64,000 nt of DNA from Acidimicrobiales bacterium (lineage in GTDB: Bacteria > Actinomycetota > Acidimicrobiia > Acidimicrobiales > JACDCH01). Both the position numbers and the translations under genes were made by a program. The notes below the pieces were generated by a model. That model was not told the origin of the DNA. It made no database searches and saw only the letters and a list, made by a program, of their open reading frames with translations. This document shows, piece by piece, positions 8,212-18,405 of the stretch; within the stretch, counting starts at the first letter, position 1; the number at the start of each line of letters is the position of its first letter. The DNA lies in the NCBI GenBank assembly GCA_036493595.1, contig DASXPN010000008.1, positions 76,041 through 140,040 on the forward strand, in the 5' to 3' direction.

Positions 8212-8845
8212 TCACACGCGACACACGTCGCGATCCCCAGCGCGCATGCTGCGGGCGCGGGCGCGGGCTCGGGGCTTGCTTCCACACGAGCACGAACCGC
8301 TGCACTGCCGTGAACGCGGTGAGCACGAGCATCACCCACAGGACCGTGATCAGCAGTCCCTCGAACAGCAGACCGATGGCGAGCGCGATCAACCGCTCGG
8401 CTCGCTCCATGATCCCGCCGCGTGCATCGAACCCGAGCGACTCCGCCTTGGCCCGCTCGTAGGAGATCAGCATCGACATGCCGAGCACCGCCAGCGGGAG
8501 GATGGCGATGTGGCCGCCGTACTGATCCTCCAGGTACCACGCGATGCCGCCGAGCAGTAGCGCGTCGCTCACGCGATCGGCGACCGAGTCGAAGAACGCT
8601 CCCCTCGGCGACGCCGTGTTGGATGCCTTGGCGACCGCACCGTCGAGCACGTCGGGCACCGCGGTGAGTAGCAGGAGGATGAAGCCGAGCCGGAGCGCGC
8701 CGTTCGCGATCGCGACGGCAGCACCGACCGCCATCACGATGCCGAGCAACGTGAGGTGGTCAGCGGTGATGCCGCTGCGCTTCAGGTTGGCGCCGACCGG
8801 GCGGAGACGCTGCTCCACGCTCGGCCGCAGCCGCTTGTCGAACAT
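8144..8845 (-). CDS. pgsA: CDP-alcohol phosphatidyltransferase, phosphatidylinositol phosphate synthase PgsA-like
   Basis: ATG at 8843-8845 is preceded by a GGGAG Shine-Dalgarno sequence. The CDP-alcohol phosphatidyltransferase signature is present: DVLDGAVAK-x8-G-x3-D-x3-D. The protein is multi-TM and in a pgsA-acyltransferase-pimA context. Confidence 0.85.
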   Translation of the reverse strand: MFDKRLRPSVEQRLRPVGANLKRSGITADHLTLLGIVMAVGAAVAIANGALRLGFILLLLTAVPDVLDGAVAKASNTASPRGAFFDSVADRVSDALLLGGIAWYLEDQYGGHIAILPLAVLGMSMLISYERAKAESLGFDARGGIMERAERLIALAIGLLFEGLLITVLWVMLVLTAFTAVQRFVLVWKQAPSPRPRPQHARWGSRRVSRVSERSRGRRERWAAAREARRRAH

Positions 8846-9040
8846 TCGGGAACTCCCGCGAATCGGGGTGCGAACTGCACGGAACGCTACCAGCGGGGCT
8901 CCCGAACGAGCGACATGGCGGCCACCTGCCCGCAGGGCCGGGTCACGCGTCCCATCGCCCCCCACGAGCGTTGGCCGCAGCCGACCGGTCTGGATGTAGC
9001 GTCACCGCACGACCAATCGAGTCTTTGGGGGGCAATCGAC

Positions 9041-11110
9041 TTGAAGGGCTTTCCACCCGAGAAGATCCGCAATGTCGCACTCGTAGGCCATGGCGGGTCG
9101 GGAAAGACGACGCTGGCCGAGGCGCTGCTGCACTGTGCCGGCGCCATCACCAGGGTCGGGAGGGTCGAAGACGGCACCACCGTCATGGACTTCGACCCCG
9201 AGGAGCAGAAGCGGGGCCTGTCGCTGTCGCTCGCGCTCGCGCCCTTCGAGTGGCAGGACTACAAGGTCAACCTCATCGACTGTCCCGGCTACGCGGACTT
9301 CATCGGTGACGTGCAGGCCGCGCTACGGGTGGTCGATCTCGCGGTGTTCGTGGTCAGCGCGGTCGAGGGTGTCGAGGTCCAGACGTACGCGACGTGGAAG
9401 CTCGCGGCGCAACTCGGGGTTCCCCGGATGGTCTTCGTCAACAAGCTCGACCGTGAGCGCGCCAGCTTCGAACGCACGCTCGAGCAGTTGCGCGATCGGT
9501 TCGGTGCCGGTGTCGCACCACTCGAGCTGCCGATCGGCGAGGAGACCGCGTTCCGCGGCGTGGCCGACCTGCTCTCCGACACCGCCTACTTCTACGAGGG
9601 CGGCTCGTCGACCCATGGCGAAGTGCCGGACGATCTGGCCGATCTCGAGCACCAGGTCCACGACAATCTCGTCGAAGGAATCGTGGTGGCCGACGACGAG
9701 CAGCTCGAGCGCTACCTCGGCGGCGAGTCGATCTCCACCGAAGAGCTCGAGCACACGCTGGCGAAGGGCGTGGCAGAGGCGTCCGTGTTCCCGGTGGTGG
9801 TCGGCTCGGCCACGAACACGATCGCCATCGACCGCCTCGCCGACTTCATCTGCGAGATCGGTCCGTCGCCGGTCGACCGCCCTCCCGTCAGCGTCACCGC
9901 GGGCGACACCGAGGTCGATGTCGCACCGGATCCGAACGGCGACCCGCTGGCCTTCGTCTTCAAGACGATCGCCGACCCCTACGTCGGCCACATCTCGTTG
10001 TTCAAGGTGCTGTCGGGGACGATCCGCCCCGACGACCATCTCGCCAACTCGCGGTCCGGCACCGACGAGCGGCTGCACGGTCTGTTCACCCTGCGGGGCA
10101 AGGAGCAAGTTCAGGTCGACGACGTGCCCGCCGGTGACATTGCCGCGGTCGCCAAGCTGGCCGCCACGGCGACGAGCGACACGCTCGCCCCCAAAGGCAA
10201 GCCGGTCGCCGTCGAACCCATCGCCAGCCCGCCGCCGGTGCTGGGCATCGCCATCCTGGCCCGCACGCAAGCGGACGAAGACAAGCTCGCCAACGCGCTG
10301 CACCGCTTACAGGAGGAAGACCAGTCGCTGGTCATCGATCGCAACGAGGAGACGAAGCAGACCGTGCTCCGCGGGACGGGCGAAACCCACCTGCAGATCA
10401 CGCTCGAGAAGCTCGCCCGCAAGTTCGGTGTCGACGTCGACACCGAGGACGTGCGGGTCCCCTACCGCGAGACGATCACCGGCTCCGCGCAGAACGTCGA
10501 AGGCAAGCACAAGAAGCAGTCCGGCGGTCATGGTCAGTTCGGCGTGTGCGTCATCAACATCGAGCCACTCGAGCGCGGCGGCGGCTTCGAGTTCGTCGAC
10601 AAGGTCGTCGGTGGCGCGATCGCGCGCGGCTACATCCCTGCGGTGCAGAAGGGTGTCGAGGAGACGATGCAGTCGGGCGGCGTGTTCGGGCATCCCGTGG
10701 TCGACGTGAAGGTCGAGTTGATCGACGGCAAGCAGCACGCGGTGGACTCCTCCGAGATGGCGTTCAAGATCGCGGGCCGCTTGGCGATCCGTGAGGCCAT
10801 GGCGAAGGCGAACCCGGTGCTGCTCGAGCCGATCTCGTTGCTCGAGGTCACCGTGCCCGTCGAGTTCCAAGGCGACGTCATGGGTGATCTGAACGCGCGG
10901 CGCGGTCGCGTGCAGGGCACCGAGACGGCGGGCGACGGCGAGCAGACCGTCACCGCGCTGGTCCCGACGTCCGAGGTGATGCGCTACGCCATCGACCTGC
11001 GCTCGCTCACCGGTGGCCGCGGACGGTTCAGCGCCACGCACGATCATTACGACGTGCTGCCGGCGCATCTCGTCGACAAGGTCAAGCTGGAGACGAAGGA
11101 CCAGGACTGA
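9041..11110 (+). CDS. elongation factor G-like GTPase (EF-G2-type paralog)
   Basis: TTG start at 9041 gives KGFPPEKIRNVALVGHGGSGKTT (G1), DCPGYADF (G3), NKLD (G4), and EF-G domains II-V up to the C-terminal LTGGRG...F segment. The upstream part of the 784-aa ORF-track model has no homology signal. Confidence 0.85.
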   Translation: MKGFPPEKIRNVALVGHGGSGKTTLAEALLHCAGAITRVGRVEDGTTVMDFDPEEQKRGLSLSLALAPFEWQDYKVNLIDCPGYADFIGDVQAALRVVDLAVFVVSAVEGVEVQTYATWKLAAQLGVPRMVFVNKLDRERASFERTLEQLRDRFGAGVAPLELPIGEETAFRGVADLLSDTAYFYEGGSSTHGEVPDDLADLEHQVHDNLVEGIVVADDEQLERYLGGESISTEELEHTLAKGVAEASVFPVVVGSATNTIAIDRLADFICEIGPSPVDRPPVSVTAGDTEVDVAPDPNGDPLAFVFKTIADPYVGHISLFKVLSGTIRPDDHLANSRSGTDERLHGLFTLRGKEQVQVDDVPAGDIAAVAKLAATATSDTLAPKGKPVAVEPIASPPPVLGIAILARTQADEDKLANALHRLQEEDQSLVIDRNEETKQTVLRGTGETHLQITLEKLARKFGVDVDTEDVRVPYRETITGSAQNVEGKHKKQSGGHGQFGVCVINIEPLERGGGFEFVDKVVGGAIARGYIPAVQKGVEETMQSGGVFGHPVVDVKVELIDGKQHAVDSSEMAFKIAGRLAIREAMAKANPVLLEPISLLEVTVPVEFQGDVMGDLNARRGRVQGTETAGDGEQTVTALVPTSEVMRYAIDLRSLTGGRGRFSATHDHYDVLPAHLVDKVKLETKDQD

Positions 11111-11637
11111 TGCCGTGCGGCGAGTGCGGGTTCTCGCACGAGTCGCTGCGCATCGAGGACGCTCCCAACGCGCTGCGCACGCTCGGGCCGCGCTATCGCG
11201 TCCCGCTGACGCGCGGCCTGAGGGACGAGGATCTCGACTCGCTCCTGCGCTCGCACCCGATCGACGGCACGTGGTCCGCGCTGGAGTACGCGTGCCACAT
11301 GCGCGACGTTCTCGCCATCCAGCGCGAGCGGCTCGAAATCGCTCGCTCACAGGACGGGTACACACCGGATCCGATGCGACGGGAGGAGCGGGTGGTCGAG
11401 CTGCGCTACAACGAACAGCTCCCGGTCGAGGTGGCGGACGACCTCACCGCGAACGCCGAGATCGTGGCCGGGTACGTGGAGACGTTCGGTCCGTCTGACT
11501 GGGAGCGCACGATGACGTACTTCTTTCCCGAACAAGCAGTCCGCCCATTGACGTGGGTGGTGCGCCACACCGTCCACGAAGGCGAGCACCACCTGCTCGA
11601 CATCGGCCGCGTGCTGCGCGCGGCGCGAGGTCGATGA
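11110..11637 (+). CDS. DinB family protein (DinB_2-like)
   Basis: The ATG overlaps the EF-G-like stop (TGATG). The His triad pattern is CHMRD ... HTVHEGEHHLLD, typical of DinB-fold metalloproteins. There is an N-terminal CxxC. Confidence 0.65.
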   Translation: MPCGECGFSHESLRIEDAPNALRTLGPRYRVPLTRGLRDEDLDSLLRSHPIDGTWSALEYACHMRDVLAIQRERLEIARSQDGYTPDPMRREERVVELRYNEQLPVEVADDLTANAEIVAGYVETFGPSDWERTMTYFFPEQAVRPLTWVVRHTVHEGEHHLLDIGRVLRAARGR

Positions 11638-11640
11638 GCC

Positions 11641-12162
11641 GTGGCTGACGGCCTGGACGTCTCCCGGCTGTCGCCTGGCGACGCGGTCGCGGCACTGCGT
11701 TCGTATCCTCGGCGGTTCCGCGCGCTGTTGACCTCGCTCGACGACGACTCACCTGCCGGTCTCGACGATGTCGTGCATCGCGCGGGGCACGACGGTCTGT
11801 CGGCCGTCGATCATGCGGATCACGTCGCACGATCGGTGGCGATACTCGGTGAAGCGTTGCGGCAGGTGCTCGTGCAGGAGGAACCATCACTGCTGCCCGC
11901 AGTCGCCGACGACGCGGCACGGGAGTGGCAGATCGCGGCACAGCCGTCGTCGGTCGAAGCGGTCCTCGACTTTCTCTCCGCCGAGTGCAACGCGTTGGCC
12001 GATGTCGTCGAGCACACCCCCGCCGACGCGTGGTCGCGCGCGGGAGTCGTCGCCGGGTCGGGACAGCAGATGACGGCCCTGGCCATCGTGCGCGAGGCGG
12101 TGTCGACCGGTGCCAATCACCTGCGTGCCGCGGAGCGAGCCATCGAGGCGGCCAAGCGGTAG
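11641..12162 (+). CDS. DinB-fold / MDMPI-N-like hypothetical protein
   Basis: GTG start 4 nt after the upstream stop. The 173-aa protein is predicted helical, with a DHADH motif and C-terminal STGANHL. The assignment rests on pattern only. Confidence 0.4.
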   Translation: MADGLDVSRLSPGDAVAALRSYPRRFRALLTSLDDDSPAGLDDVVHRAGHDGLSAVDHADHVARSVAILGEALRQVLVQEEPSLLPAVADDAAREWQIAAQPSSVEAVLDFLSAECNALADVVEHTPADAWSRAGVVAGSGQQMTALAIVREAVSTGANHLRAAERAIEAAKR

Positions 12163-12224
12163 ACGAAGCTCGGCGCGACGCAAGCTCGGCGCCGTGCGAC
12201 GCTGGCGCGGTGCGCTACCGCCGG

Positions 12225-13319
12225 ATGCCCATCGAGATCGAGTCACCGGAGCAGCTGGGCTACGACACCATCGCCCACAACCTCTCCGAGAGCTCTGCCG
12301 CCGATCGGCGGCTGCGCGACCTCGGGATCGATGTCGATGTCGACGACTTGTTGCTCTGCTACGGCGACCATCTCGGCGACCCGGAGCTGCGCGAGGTGAT
12401 CGGTGCGATCGACGGCGTCGCGCCCGAGTCGGTGCTCGTCACGCCAGGCGCGGCGGCCGCGTTGTTCTTCGCCGCCACCTCGTCCCTCGAGGCAGCCGAT
12501 CACGCGGTCGTGCTACGGACCAACTACGCGACCAACCTCGAGACACCGCGGGCCATCGGCGCGGACATCGAACCGTTCGACTTGCGCTTCGAGGACGGCT
12601 GGCGCCTCGACGTCGATCGCCTGCGGGCGCGAGTGCGTCAGGACACGCGGCTCATCAGCGTCACCTATCCGCACAACCCGACCGGCTCGGTCATCGACGC
12701 ACCCACACTCCACGCGCTCGTCGATCTCGCAGAACGAACAGCCGCCACGTTGATCGTCGACGAGACCTACCGCGATCTGGCCTACGGCGAGCGGCTCCCG
12801 CTCGCGGCCAGCCTCTCCTCCAACGTCGTCAGCGTGTCGTCGATGTCGAAGACGTACGGCGTCCCGGGGCTACGGATCGGCTGGGCGGTCTGCCACGACC
12901 CCGCGAGGTTCGAGCGGCTCCTCGCCGCGAAGGAGCAAGCGGTCATCTGCGGCGCCACCATCGACGAAGCGCTGGCGGCGCGAATCCTCGCGGCGCGAGA
13001 TCGAGTCCTCCCCGTCATCCTGGATGACGTGCGAGGGCGGCTCGACATCGTGCGCGAGTGGATGGCGAGCCAGCCGACGTTCGAGTGGATCGAGCCGCGC
13101 GGCGGCGTGGTCGGACTCGTACGCGCCGTGCCGGACATCGACTTCGACGCGGCCGAGTTCCATCGCGCGCTGTTGCAGGACTTCGGCACCTACGTCGGCG
13201 CCGGTCGCTGGTTCGAGCTCAACGACCGCTGGTTCCGTCTCGGGTTCGGTTGGCCGACGATTCCGCACCTGCACGCGGGACTCGACGCGCTCTCGGCCGC
13301 AGCTACCGCCGCTACTTGA
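12225..13319 (+). CDS. pyridoxal phosphate-dependent aminotransferase, class I/II
   Basis: ATG at 12225. YPHNPTG and the SSMSKTYGVPGLRIGW PLP-lysine motif are present, with fold-type I architecture. The upstream 100 aa of the ORF-track model are Arg-rich noise. Confidence 0.8.
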   Translation: MPIEIESPEQLGYDTIAHNLSESSAADRRLRDLGIDVDVDDLLLCYGDHLGDPELREVIGAIDGVAPESVLVTPGAAAALFFAATSSLEAADHAVVLRTNYATNLETPRAIGADIEPFDLRFEDGWRLDVDRLRARVRQDTRLISVTYPHNPTGSVIDAPTLHALVDLAERTAATLIVDETYRDLAYGERLPLAASLSSNVVSVSSMSKTYGVPGLRIGWAVCHDPARFERLLAAKEQAVICGATIDEALAARILAARDRVLPVILDDVRGRLDIVREWMASQPTFEWIEPRGGVVGLVRAVPDIDFDAAEFHRALLQDFGTYVGAGRWFELNDRWFRLGFGWPTIPHLHAGLDALSAAATAAT

Positions 13320-13818
13320 TGTCCGACCAGTCTTCGGGGTTGTCCTCGACGAAGTGCTGCAGGACCTCGCCCTTCACCCCGTCGACGAGCACAATGCCTC
13401 GCTGCTTCGGGGGCTCTTCGCTCGAGTAGAGCAGGATGCGCCACGTCGGGCGGCTGCGAATACCGCGCCAGCCGAGCTGTGCCGATGCGTGACCCACCGG
13501 GAAACCGACTGTCTGCCCTGCGGAGGCGAGCGCATCACGCTCATCGACATCGAGATCGAAACCGGCTTGGAACGAGTAGACGCCGAACAGGATCAAGCCG
13601 ATCCCGCCCCACAGGAATCCGACGTTCACGAGCACCGGATCGGAGTTGCGGGTGGCCGTCCATGCCAGCACTGCACCGAGGCCGATCAGCATGTAGAGCA
13701 CGGCAGGAATCCGCCGGCGATTGTTGTTCGGGAACATGTACGGGCCGACGTAGCTGACGGCGTCGAGATCCGCGGGAAGCTCGTCGCGGATCTCCTCGTC
13801 TCCGGTCATTGCCCTCAT
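13312..13818 (-). CDS. small membrane protein, conserved hypothetical
   Basis: The ATG at 13816-13818 overlaps the HIT stop (ATGA). The 168-aa protein has two clear TM helices (IPAVLYMLIGLGAVLAW, FLWGGIGLILFGVY) and an acidic C-terminus. Confidence 0.55.
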   Translation of the reverse strand: MRAMTGDEEIRDELPADLDAVSYVGPYMFPNNNRRRIPAVLYMLIGLGAVLAWTATRNSDPVLVNVGFLWGGIGLILFGVYSFQAGFDLDVDERDALASAGQTVGFPVGHASAQLGWRGIRSRPTWRILLYSSEEPPKQRGIVLVDGVKGEVLQHFVEDNPEDWSDIK

Positions 13819-14330
13819 TGTCGTGGCTGGCCCCAGGCGGCACGCAATTTCCGCCAGGTGTCCGGCAGCGACTCGGGCAGCACCCGGGTCTCCGCCACGG
13901 ACGTCATGAAGTTCGAGTCGGCGTCCCATCGCGGCATCACGTGGACATGAAGATGCTGCGGGATCCCGGCCCCGGCCGCCGCCCCCAGGTTCACGCCGAC
14001 GTTCAGGCCGTGCGGACGGTAGGCCGCCTTGATCGCCCGCACGCACTCGGTGACTGCGAGCCACAGCTCGGTGTGCTCCTCGGGACTCAGGTCCTCGAGA
14101 TGGCCCACCTCGCGATACGGCATCACCAGGACGTGGCCGCTGATGTACGGGTAGCGATTCAAGATGGCGAAGACGCGCTCGCCCCGCCACACGATGTGTG
14201 TCTCGTCGTCCGCAAGGCCGCTCTCGAGGATGCGGGTGAACACGTCACCGCCCGCCGAATCCGGGCCCGAATCGTCCCCCGTCACCTCTTCGATGTATGT
14301 GGCGCGCCAACCCGCCCACAACCGGTCCAT
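13815..14330 (-). CDS. HIT family protein (Ap4A phosphorylase / Rv2613c-like)
   Basis: Histidine triad HLHVHVMPRW. RLWAGWRATYI matches the LWTPYRMNYL region of Rv2613c. The gene is immediately downstream of thrS, as in mycobacteria. I chose the ATG at 14330 so that the palindromic repeat at 14344-14400 stays intergenic. Confidence 0.8.
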   Translation of the reverse strand: MDRLWAGWRATYIEEVTGDDSGPDSAGGDVFTRILESGLADDETHIVWRGERVFAILNRYPYISGHVLVMPYREVGHLEDLSPEEHTELWLAVTECVRAIKAAYRPHGLNVGVNLGAAAGAGIPQHLHVHVMPRWDADSNFMTSVAETRVLPESLPDTWRKLRAAWGQPRQ

Positions 14331-14343
14331 CCTCGTCACACGC

Positions 14344-14400
14344 CCGAACTCCCGGTCCATTGCGGGGCCCTGGCCCCGCAATGGCACCAACATTCGTCGG
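14344..14400. repeat. REP-like palindromic element (copy 1 of 2 in the window)
   Basis: 12-bp perfect stem CCATTGCGGGGC/GCCCCGCAATGG (14357-14384) with conserved flanks CCGAACTCC...ACCAACATTC. The second copy is at 23889-23950. Confidence 0.8.
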
Positions 14401-14406
14401 TGGCCG

Positions 14407-16368
14407 TCATGTGCGGGACGTGACGTCGGTGCGGAGGCGGTCCACGAACGCGTCGACGTGCACGTCGCGTTCGGGACGTTGCGAACCGCGGGCGTTCACG
14501 CCGACAGTGCCGTGCTCGACGTCGTCGTCACCGACGACGAGTACGTACGGGAGCTTCTCGAGCTTCGCCTTGCGGATGCGTCCGCCGAGCGGTTCGTTGG
14601 CCTCCACCATGTCGGCCCGGAAGCCCTCGGCCCGCAACCGGTCGACGAGACGCATCGCGTAGGCGTCGTGCGCATCGCTGATCGGCAGCACCCGTGCTTG
14701 CACGGGTGCGAGCCACGCGGGGAACGCGCCTGCGTAGTGCTCGACGAGTACGCCGAAGAACCGCTCGATCGATCCGAAGAGGGCGCGGTGGATCATGATC
14801 GGACGGTGCTTCTCGTTGTCGGCGCCGATGTACGAGAGGTCGAACCGCTGCGGCTCCTGGAAATCGAGCTGGATCGTGGACATCTGCCAGGTGCGGCCGA
14901 TGGCGTCGCGCGCCTGCACGGAGATCTTCGGTCCGTAGAAGGCACCGCCGCCCTCGTCCATGACGAGGTCGAGGTCCTTCGTGAGCGCAACCGCGCGTAG
15001 GGCCTCGGTGGCTTCGTCCCACTCTTCGTCGGTCCCGACGGCCTTGTCTTCGGGCTTGGTCGACAGCTCGAGGTAGAAGTCGTTCAGGCCGTAGTCGCGA
15101 AGCAGGTCGAGGACGAAGGTCAGCAGTGAGCCGAGCTCGTCACCCATCTGCTCCTTCGAGCAGAAGATGTGCGCGTCGTCCTGCGTCATGCCTCGCACGC
15201 GCGTGAGCCCGTGGATGACACCGGACTTCTCGTAGCGGTACACCGAGCCGAACTCGAACAGCCGCACCGGCAGCTCCCGATAGGAGCGCAGGCGGCTGCG
15301 GAAGATCAGGATGTGGAACGGGCAGTTCATCGGCTTGAGGTAGTACCGCTGCCCGTCGTCGAGCTCCATCGGCGGGAACATGCCGTCCGCGAACCAGTCG
15401 AGATGGCCGGACGTCTCGAACAGCTCCTCCTTCGAGATGTGCGGTGAGTTCACGAACTCGTAGCCGGCGGCGATGTGGCGCTGGCGCGAGTAGTCCTCCA
15501 TCAGCATCCGTACGAGCCCGCCCTTCGGGTGGAACACGGCGAGGCCGGAGCCGATCTCGTCGGGGAAGCTGAACAGGTCGAGCTCGACGCCGAGCTTGCG
15601 GTGATCACGCTTCGCCGCTTCCTCGAGCCGGTGGAGATGCGCGTCGAGGTCGGCCTTCGACGCCCACGCCGTGCCGTAGATGCGTTGCAGTTGCGGGTTC
15701 TTCTCGTTGCCGCGCCAATAGGCGCCGGCGACGCGCATCAACTTGAAGTGGCCGAGGTGGCGACTCGTGTCCTCGACGTGCGGACCGCGGCACAAGTCGA
15801 TGAAGCGCGGCGGGTTCTCGTACGTGCGCACGCGACCGGACTCGGTCGCCGACATCGGATCAGTTGACGCATCATCGATGATCTCGAGCTTGTACTTGTG
15901 ATCCTTGAAGACGATTCGGGCCTCGTCCGCCGCGATCTCGTCACGGATGAACGGCTGCGCGTCCTTCACGATCTCGCGCATGCGCGCTTCGACGCGCGGC
16001 AGGTCGTCCTCCGTGAAGTGGCGACCATCGGGAAGCTCGAAGTCGTAGTAGAAGCCGTCCTCGATCGGCGGCCCGATGCCGAACGTGGCACCCGGGAAGA
16101 GGTCGAGCACGGCCTGCGCGAGCACGTGGGCCGTCGAGTGGCGGATCGTATAGAGACCGCGCTCGTCGCGGTCGGTGACGATCGCGACCTCGTCGCCGTC
16201 GGCGAGCGGCCAGACGAGATCGCGCTCGACGCCGTTGACGTTGGCGATCACCGCGGCCTTGCGCAGCCCCCGGCCGATCGCGGCGGCCAGATCACCGGCG
16301 GTCGTCCCGGTGGCGACGTCGCGCGTCGAGCCATCGGGAAGCCGGATCGTGATCTGGTCGCTGGCCAT
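14407..16368 (-). CDS. thrS: threonine--tRNA ligase
   Basis: 653 aa with an N-terminal TGS domain, the editing-domain HSTAH motif, class II core motifs ([28 protein letters not shown]) and an anticodon-binding C-terminus. Confidence 0.96.
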   Translation of the reverse strand: MASDQITIRLPDGSTRDVATGTTAGDLAAAIGRGLRKAAVIANVNGVERDLVWPLADGDEVAIVTDRDERGLYTIRHSTAHVLAQAVLDLFPGATFGIGPPIEDGFYYDFELPDGRHFTEDDLPRVEARMREIVKDAQPFIRDEIAADEARIVFKDHKYKLEIIDDASTDPMSATESGRVRTYENPPRFIDLCRGPHVEDTSRHLGHFKLMRVAGAYWRGNEKNPQLQRIYGTAWASKADLDAHLHRLEEAAKRDHRKLGVELDLFSFPDEIGSGLAVFHPKGGLVRMLMEDYSRQRHIAAGYEFVNSPHISKEELFETSGHLDWFADGMFPPMELDDGQRYYLKPMNCPFHILIFRSRLRSYRELPVRLFEFGSVYRYEKSGVIHGLTRVRGMTQDDAHIFCSKEQMGDELGSLLTFVLDLLRDYGLNDFYLELSTKPEDKAVGTDEEWDEATEALRAVALTKDLDLVMDEGGGAFYGPKISVQARDAIGRTWQMSTIQLDFQEPQRFDLSYIGADNEKHRPIMIHRALFGSIERFFGVLVEHYAGAFPAWLAPVQARVLPISDAHDAYAMRLVDRLRAEGFRADMVEANEPLGGRIRKAKLEKLPYVLVVGDDDVEHGTVGVNARGSQRPERDVHVDAFVDRLRTDVTSRT

Positions 16369-16378
16369 GCCGTTGACG

Positions 16379-17227
16379 TTAGTGAGCGGCTGACACGGCT
16401 CCCGGCGGATTCAACACGTCGGCGGACGAGCGTCGACTCGGCGTGGCCGCAGTCTCGAGCGGGATCGTGCCGCTGTCACCGTTCGCCGGTTGCACATGCG
16501 CGACCTCGGTCGGCAGGCCCTCGGCCCGCTTCGTGGCGTAGGTGTCGACGTACTCCTGGCCCGACAGGTTGCGGATCTCGAACATCACTTCGTCGATCAG
16601 TTGCCGCAGCGTCATGTGATCGTCGGCGCGCTCGAGATAGTGCGCCACCGCGATCGGGCGGCCGAAGTGGATCTCGCACGCCTTGAACGGCTTCGGCACC
16701 TTCGCGTCGGGAGGCTGGATGTCGCGCGTGCCGCGGAACCCGACCGGCACCAGCGGTGCCCCGGTACGCAACGCGAGTCGCGCCGGACCGGTGTGTCCCT
16801 TGTGCAGCAGCCCGTCGCGCGAACGCGTGCCCTCGGGATAGATGCCGAACAGCTCACCGCGGTCGAGCACGCTCGCCGCGGCGCGCAACGCACCTTCAGC
16901 GGCGTTGCCACCCGAACGGTCGATGGGAATCATCCCCATCGCGGGGAACAGATACTTCGTCTTCCAGCTGTCCATGTACTCGGCCTTGCCGACGTACGTG
17001 ATACGTCTCGGCAGGATCAACGGGAGCATGAACGAGTCGATCACCGACGTGTGGTTCGGGCAGAGGATGGCCGGCCCCGACGGCGGGACGTGCTCCAGCC
17101 CGGTGACTCGCACCTTCCACGCGAACTTGAAGATGGGCGACAGCACGGCCTTCGCCACCGTGTACAGCTGACCGACCTTCGTGGACGCGTCGGCCCCGGT
17201 TTCGCGCGATGCAGTCTCACCCCCCAC
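16379..17227 (-). CDS. 1-acyl-sn-glycerol-3-phosphate acyltransferase family protein (PlsC-like)
   Basis: NHTSVIDS (HX4D) and YPEGTRS acyltransferase motifs are present. Confidence 0.8.
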   Translation of the reverse strand: MGGETASRETGADASTKVGQLYTVAKAVLSPIFKFAWKVRVTGLEHVPPSGPAILCPNHTSVIDSFMLPLILPRRITYVGKAEYMDSWKTKYLFPAMGMIPIDRSGGNAAEGALRAAASVLDRGELFGIYPEGTRSRDGLLHKGHTGPARLALRTGAPLVPVGFRGTRDIQPPDAKVPKPFKACEIHFGRPIAVAHYLERADDHMTLRQLIDEVMFEIRNLSGQEYVDTYATKRAEGLPTEVAHVQPANGDSGTIPLETAATPSRRSSADVLNPPGAVSAAH

Positions 17228-17281
17228 ATTCGGAGTCTTTCACCAGAGAGCCGTCGACGTAACCGCGTTCAGCCGGTTGCG

Positions 17282-18400
17282 TCAGTTGCGGAGATCGATC
17301 CCGAGAAGCTCGGCTGCCGCGCTGACACCGTGACCTGCAGCAACGCTGGCGTCGACCGACTCGACGGCGGTGGCGGTGTCGAGATCGTCGTCGAGCGCGG
17401 CGCGCACCTCATCGAGCGCGCCGTCTCCCGTGCCCGATGTCCGCCAACGCTCCACGCGCTCGGCGGCGCGCGGCATGCGGCTCTCGTCCCATTCCCACGG
17501 GTCGCGGTAGTGGTTCTCGGTGATCATGAGTCGAACTGCTGGTGCTTCCCATTGCTTCAGCAGATCCGAGATGAACACCAGGTTGCCCAACGACTTCGAC
17601 ATCTTCTCGCCGTCCATGCGGACCATCGCCTGATGCATCCAGTGCCGCACGAACGGCTCGCCCGTCGCCGCCTCGGATTGCGCCCGCTCGCATTCGTGAT
17701 GCGGGAAGATCAGGTCGGCTCCCCCGCCGTGCAGGTCGATGGTCGTGCCGAGCTCGCGCAACGCCAGCGCGGAGCACTCGATGTGCCAGCCCGGCCGTCC
17801 GGGACCCCACATCGACTCCCACGACGGCTCGTCGTCGAGCGAGGGCTGCCACAACACGAAGTCGAGCGGGTTGCGCTTGTTGGGATCGTCGACGTTGCCG
17901 CCGCGCTCCGCGGCGTACTCGAGCATCTGCTCGCGGCTGTAGTGCGAGACGCTGCCGAAGTCGGGGAACGTCGAGATGTCGAAGTACACCGCGCCGCCGG
18001 CAACGTAGGCGTGGCCGCGATCGAGCACCATGCCGATGAACCCGCGGATGTCGGGGATGGCCGATGTCGCGCGCGGTTCGCTCCAGCACGGCAACACGTC
18101 GAGCGCCGACATATCCGCATCGAAACGAGCGGTCTCGGCGGCGGCGAGGTCGAGGTAGTGCACGCCGAGTGACCGGGCCTTGGCGAGGATCGAGTCGTCG
18201 ACGTCGGTGACATTGCGCACGCACTTGGTGTCATGTCCGAGGTCACGCAACCGTCGCTGCAACACGTCGTAGGTGAGGTACACGGCGGCGTGGCCGACGT
18301 GGGTCGCGTCGTACGGCGTGATGCCGCACGTGTACAGCGTGACCACCGGCCCCGGCTCGAACGGCACGACTGCCTGCCGGGCGGTGTCGTACAGGCGCAT
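17282..18400 (-). CDS. mshC: cysteine ligase of the CysS family without an anticodon-binding domain, MshC-like (cysteine:GlcN-Ins ligase)
   Basis: ATG at 18398-18400. HVGH (HIGH) and KMSKS motifs are present, along with WHIECS. At 372 aa it is too short for a full CysRS, which fits MshC. Mycothiol-type DinB proteins are nearby. Confidence 0.7.
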   Translation of the reverse strand: MRLYDTARQAVVPFEPGPVVTLYTCGITPYDATHVGHAAVYLTYDVLQRRLRDLGHDTKCVRNVTDVDDSILAKARSLGVHYLDLAAAETARFDADMSALDVLPCWSEPRATSAIPDIRGFIGMVLDRGHAYVAGGAVYFDISTFPDFGSVSHYSREQMLEYAAERGGNVDDPNKRNPLDFVLWQPSLDDEPSWESMWGPGRPGWHIECSALALRELGTTIDLHGGGADLIFPHHECERAQSEAATGEPFVRHWMHQAMVRMDGEKMSKSLGNLVFISDLLKQWEAPAVRLMITENHYRDPWEWDESRMPRAAERVERWRTSGTGDGALDEVRAALDDDLDTATAVESVDASVAAGHGVSAAAELLGIDLRN

Positions 18401-18405
18401 GGGGC

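Noticed and set aside
9323-11365. Minus-strand ORFs of 326 and 352 aa
   Set aside because: They are antisense to the EF-G-like gene, whose G-domain motifs are unambiguous.
16490-18172. 560-aa plus-strand ORF
   Set aside because: It lies antisense to the PlsC-like and MshC-like genes, which have clear catalytic motifs. Its translation is Arg/Ala/Gly/His-rich with no recognisable domain. This is a typical shadow ORF of high-GC DNA.
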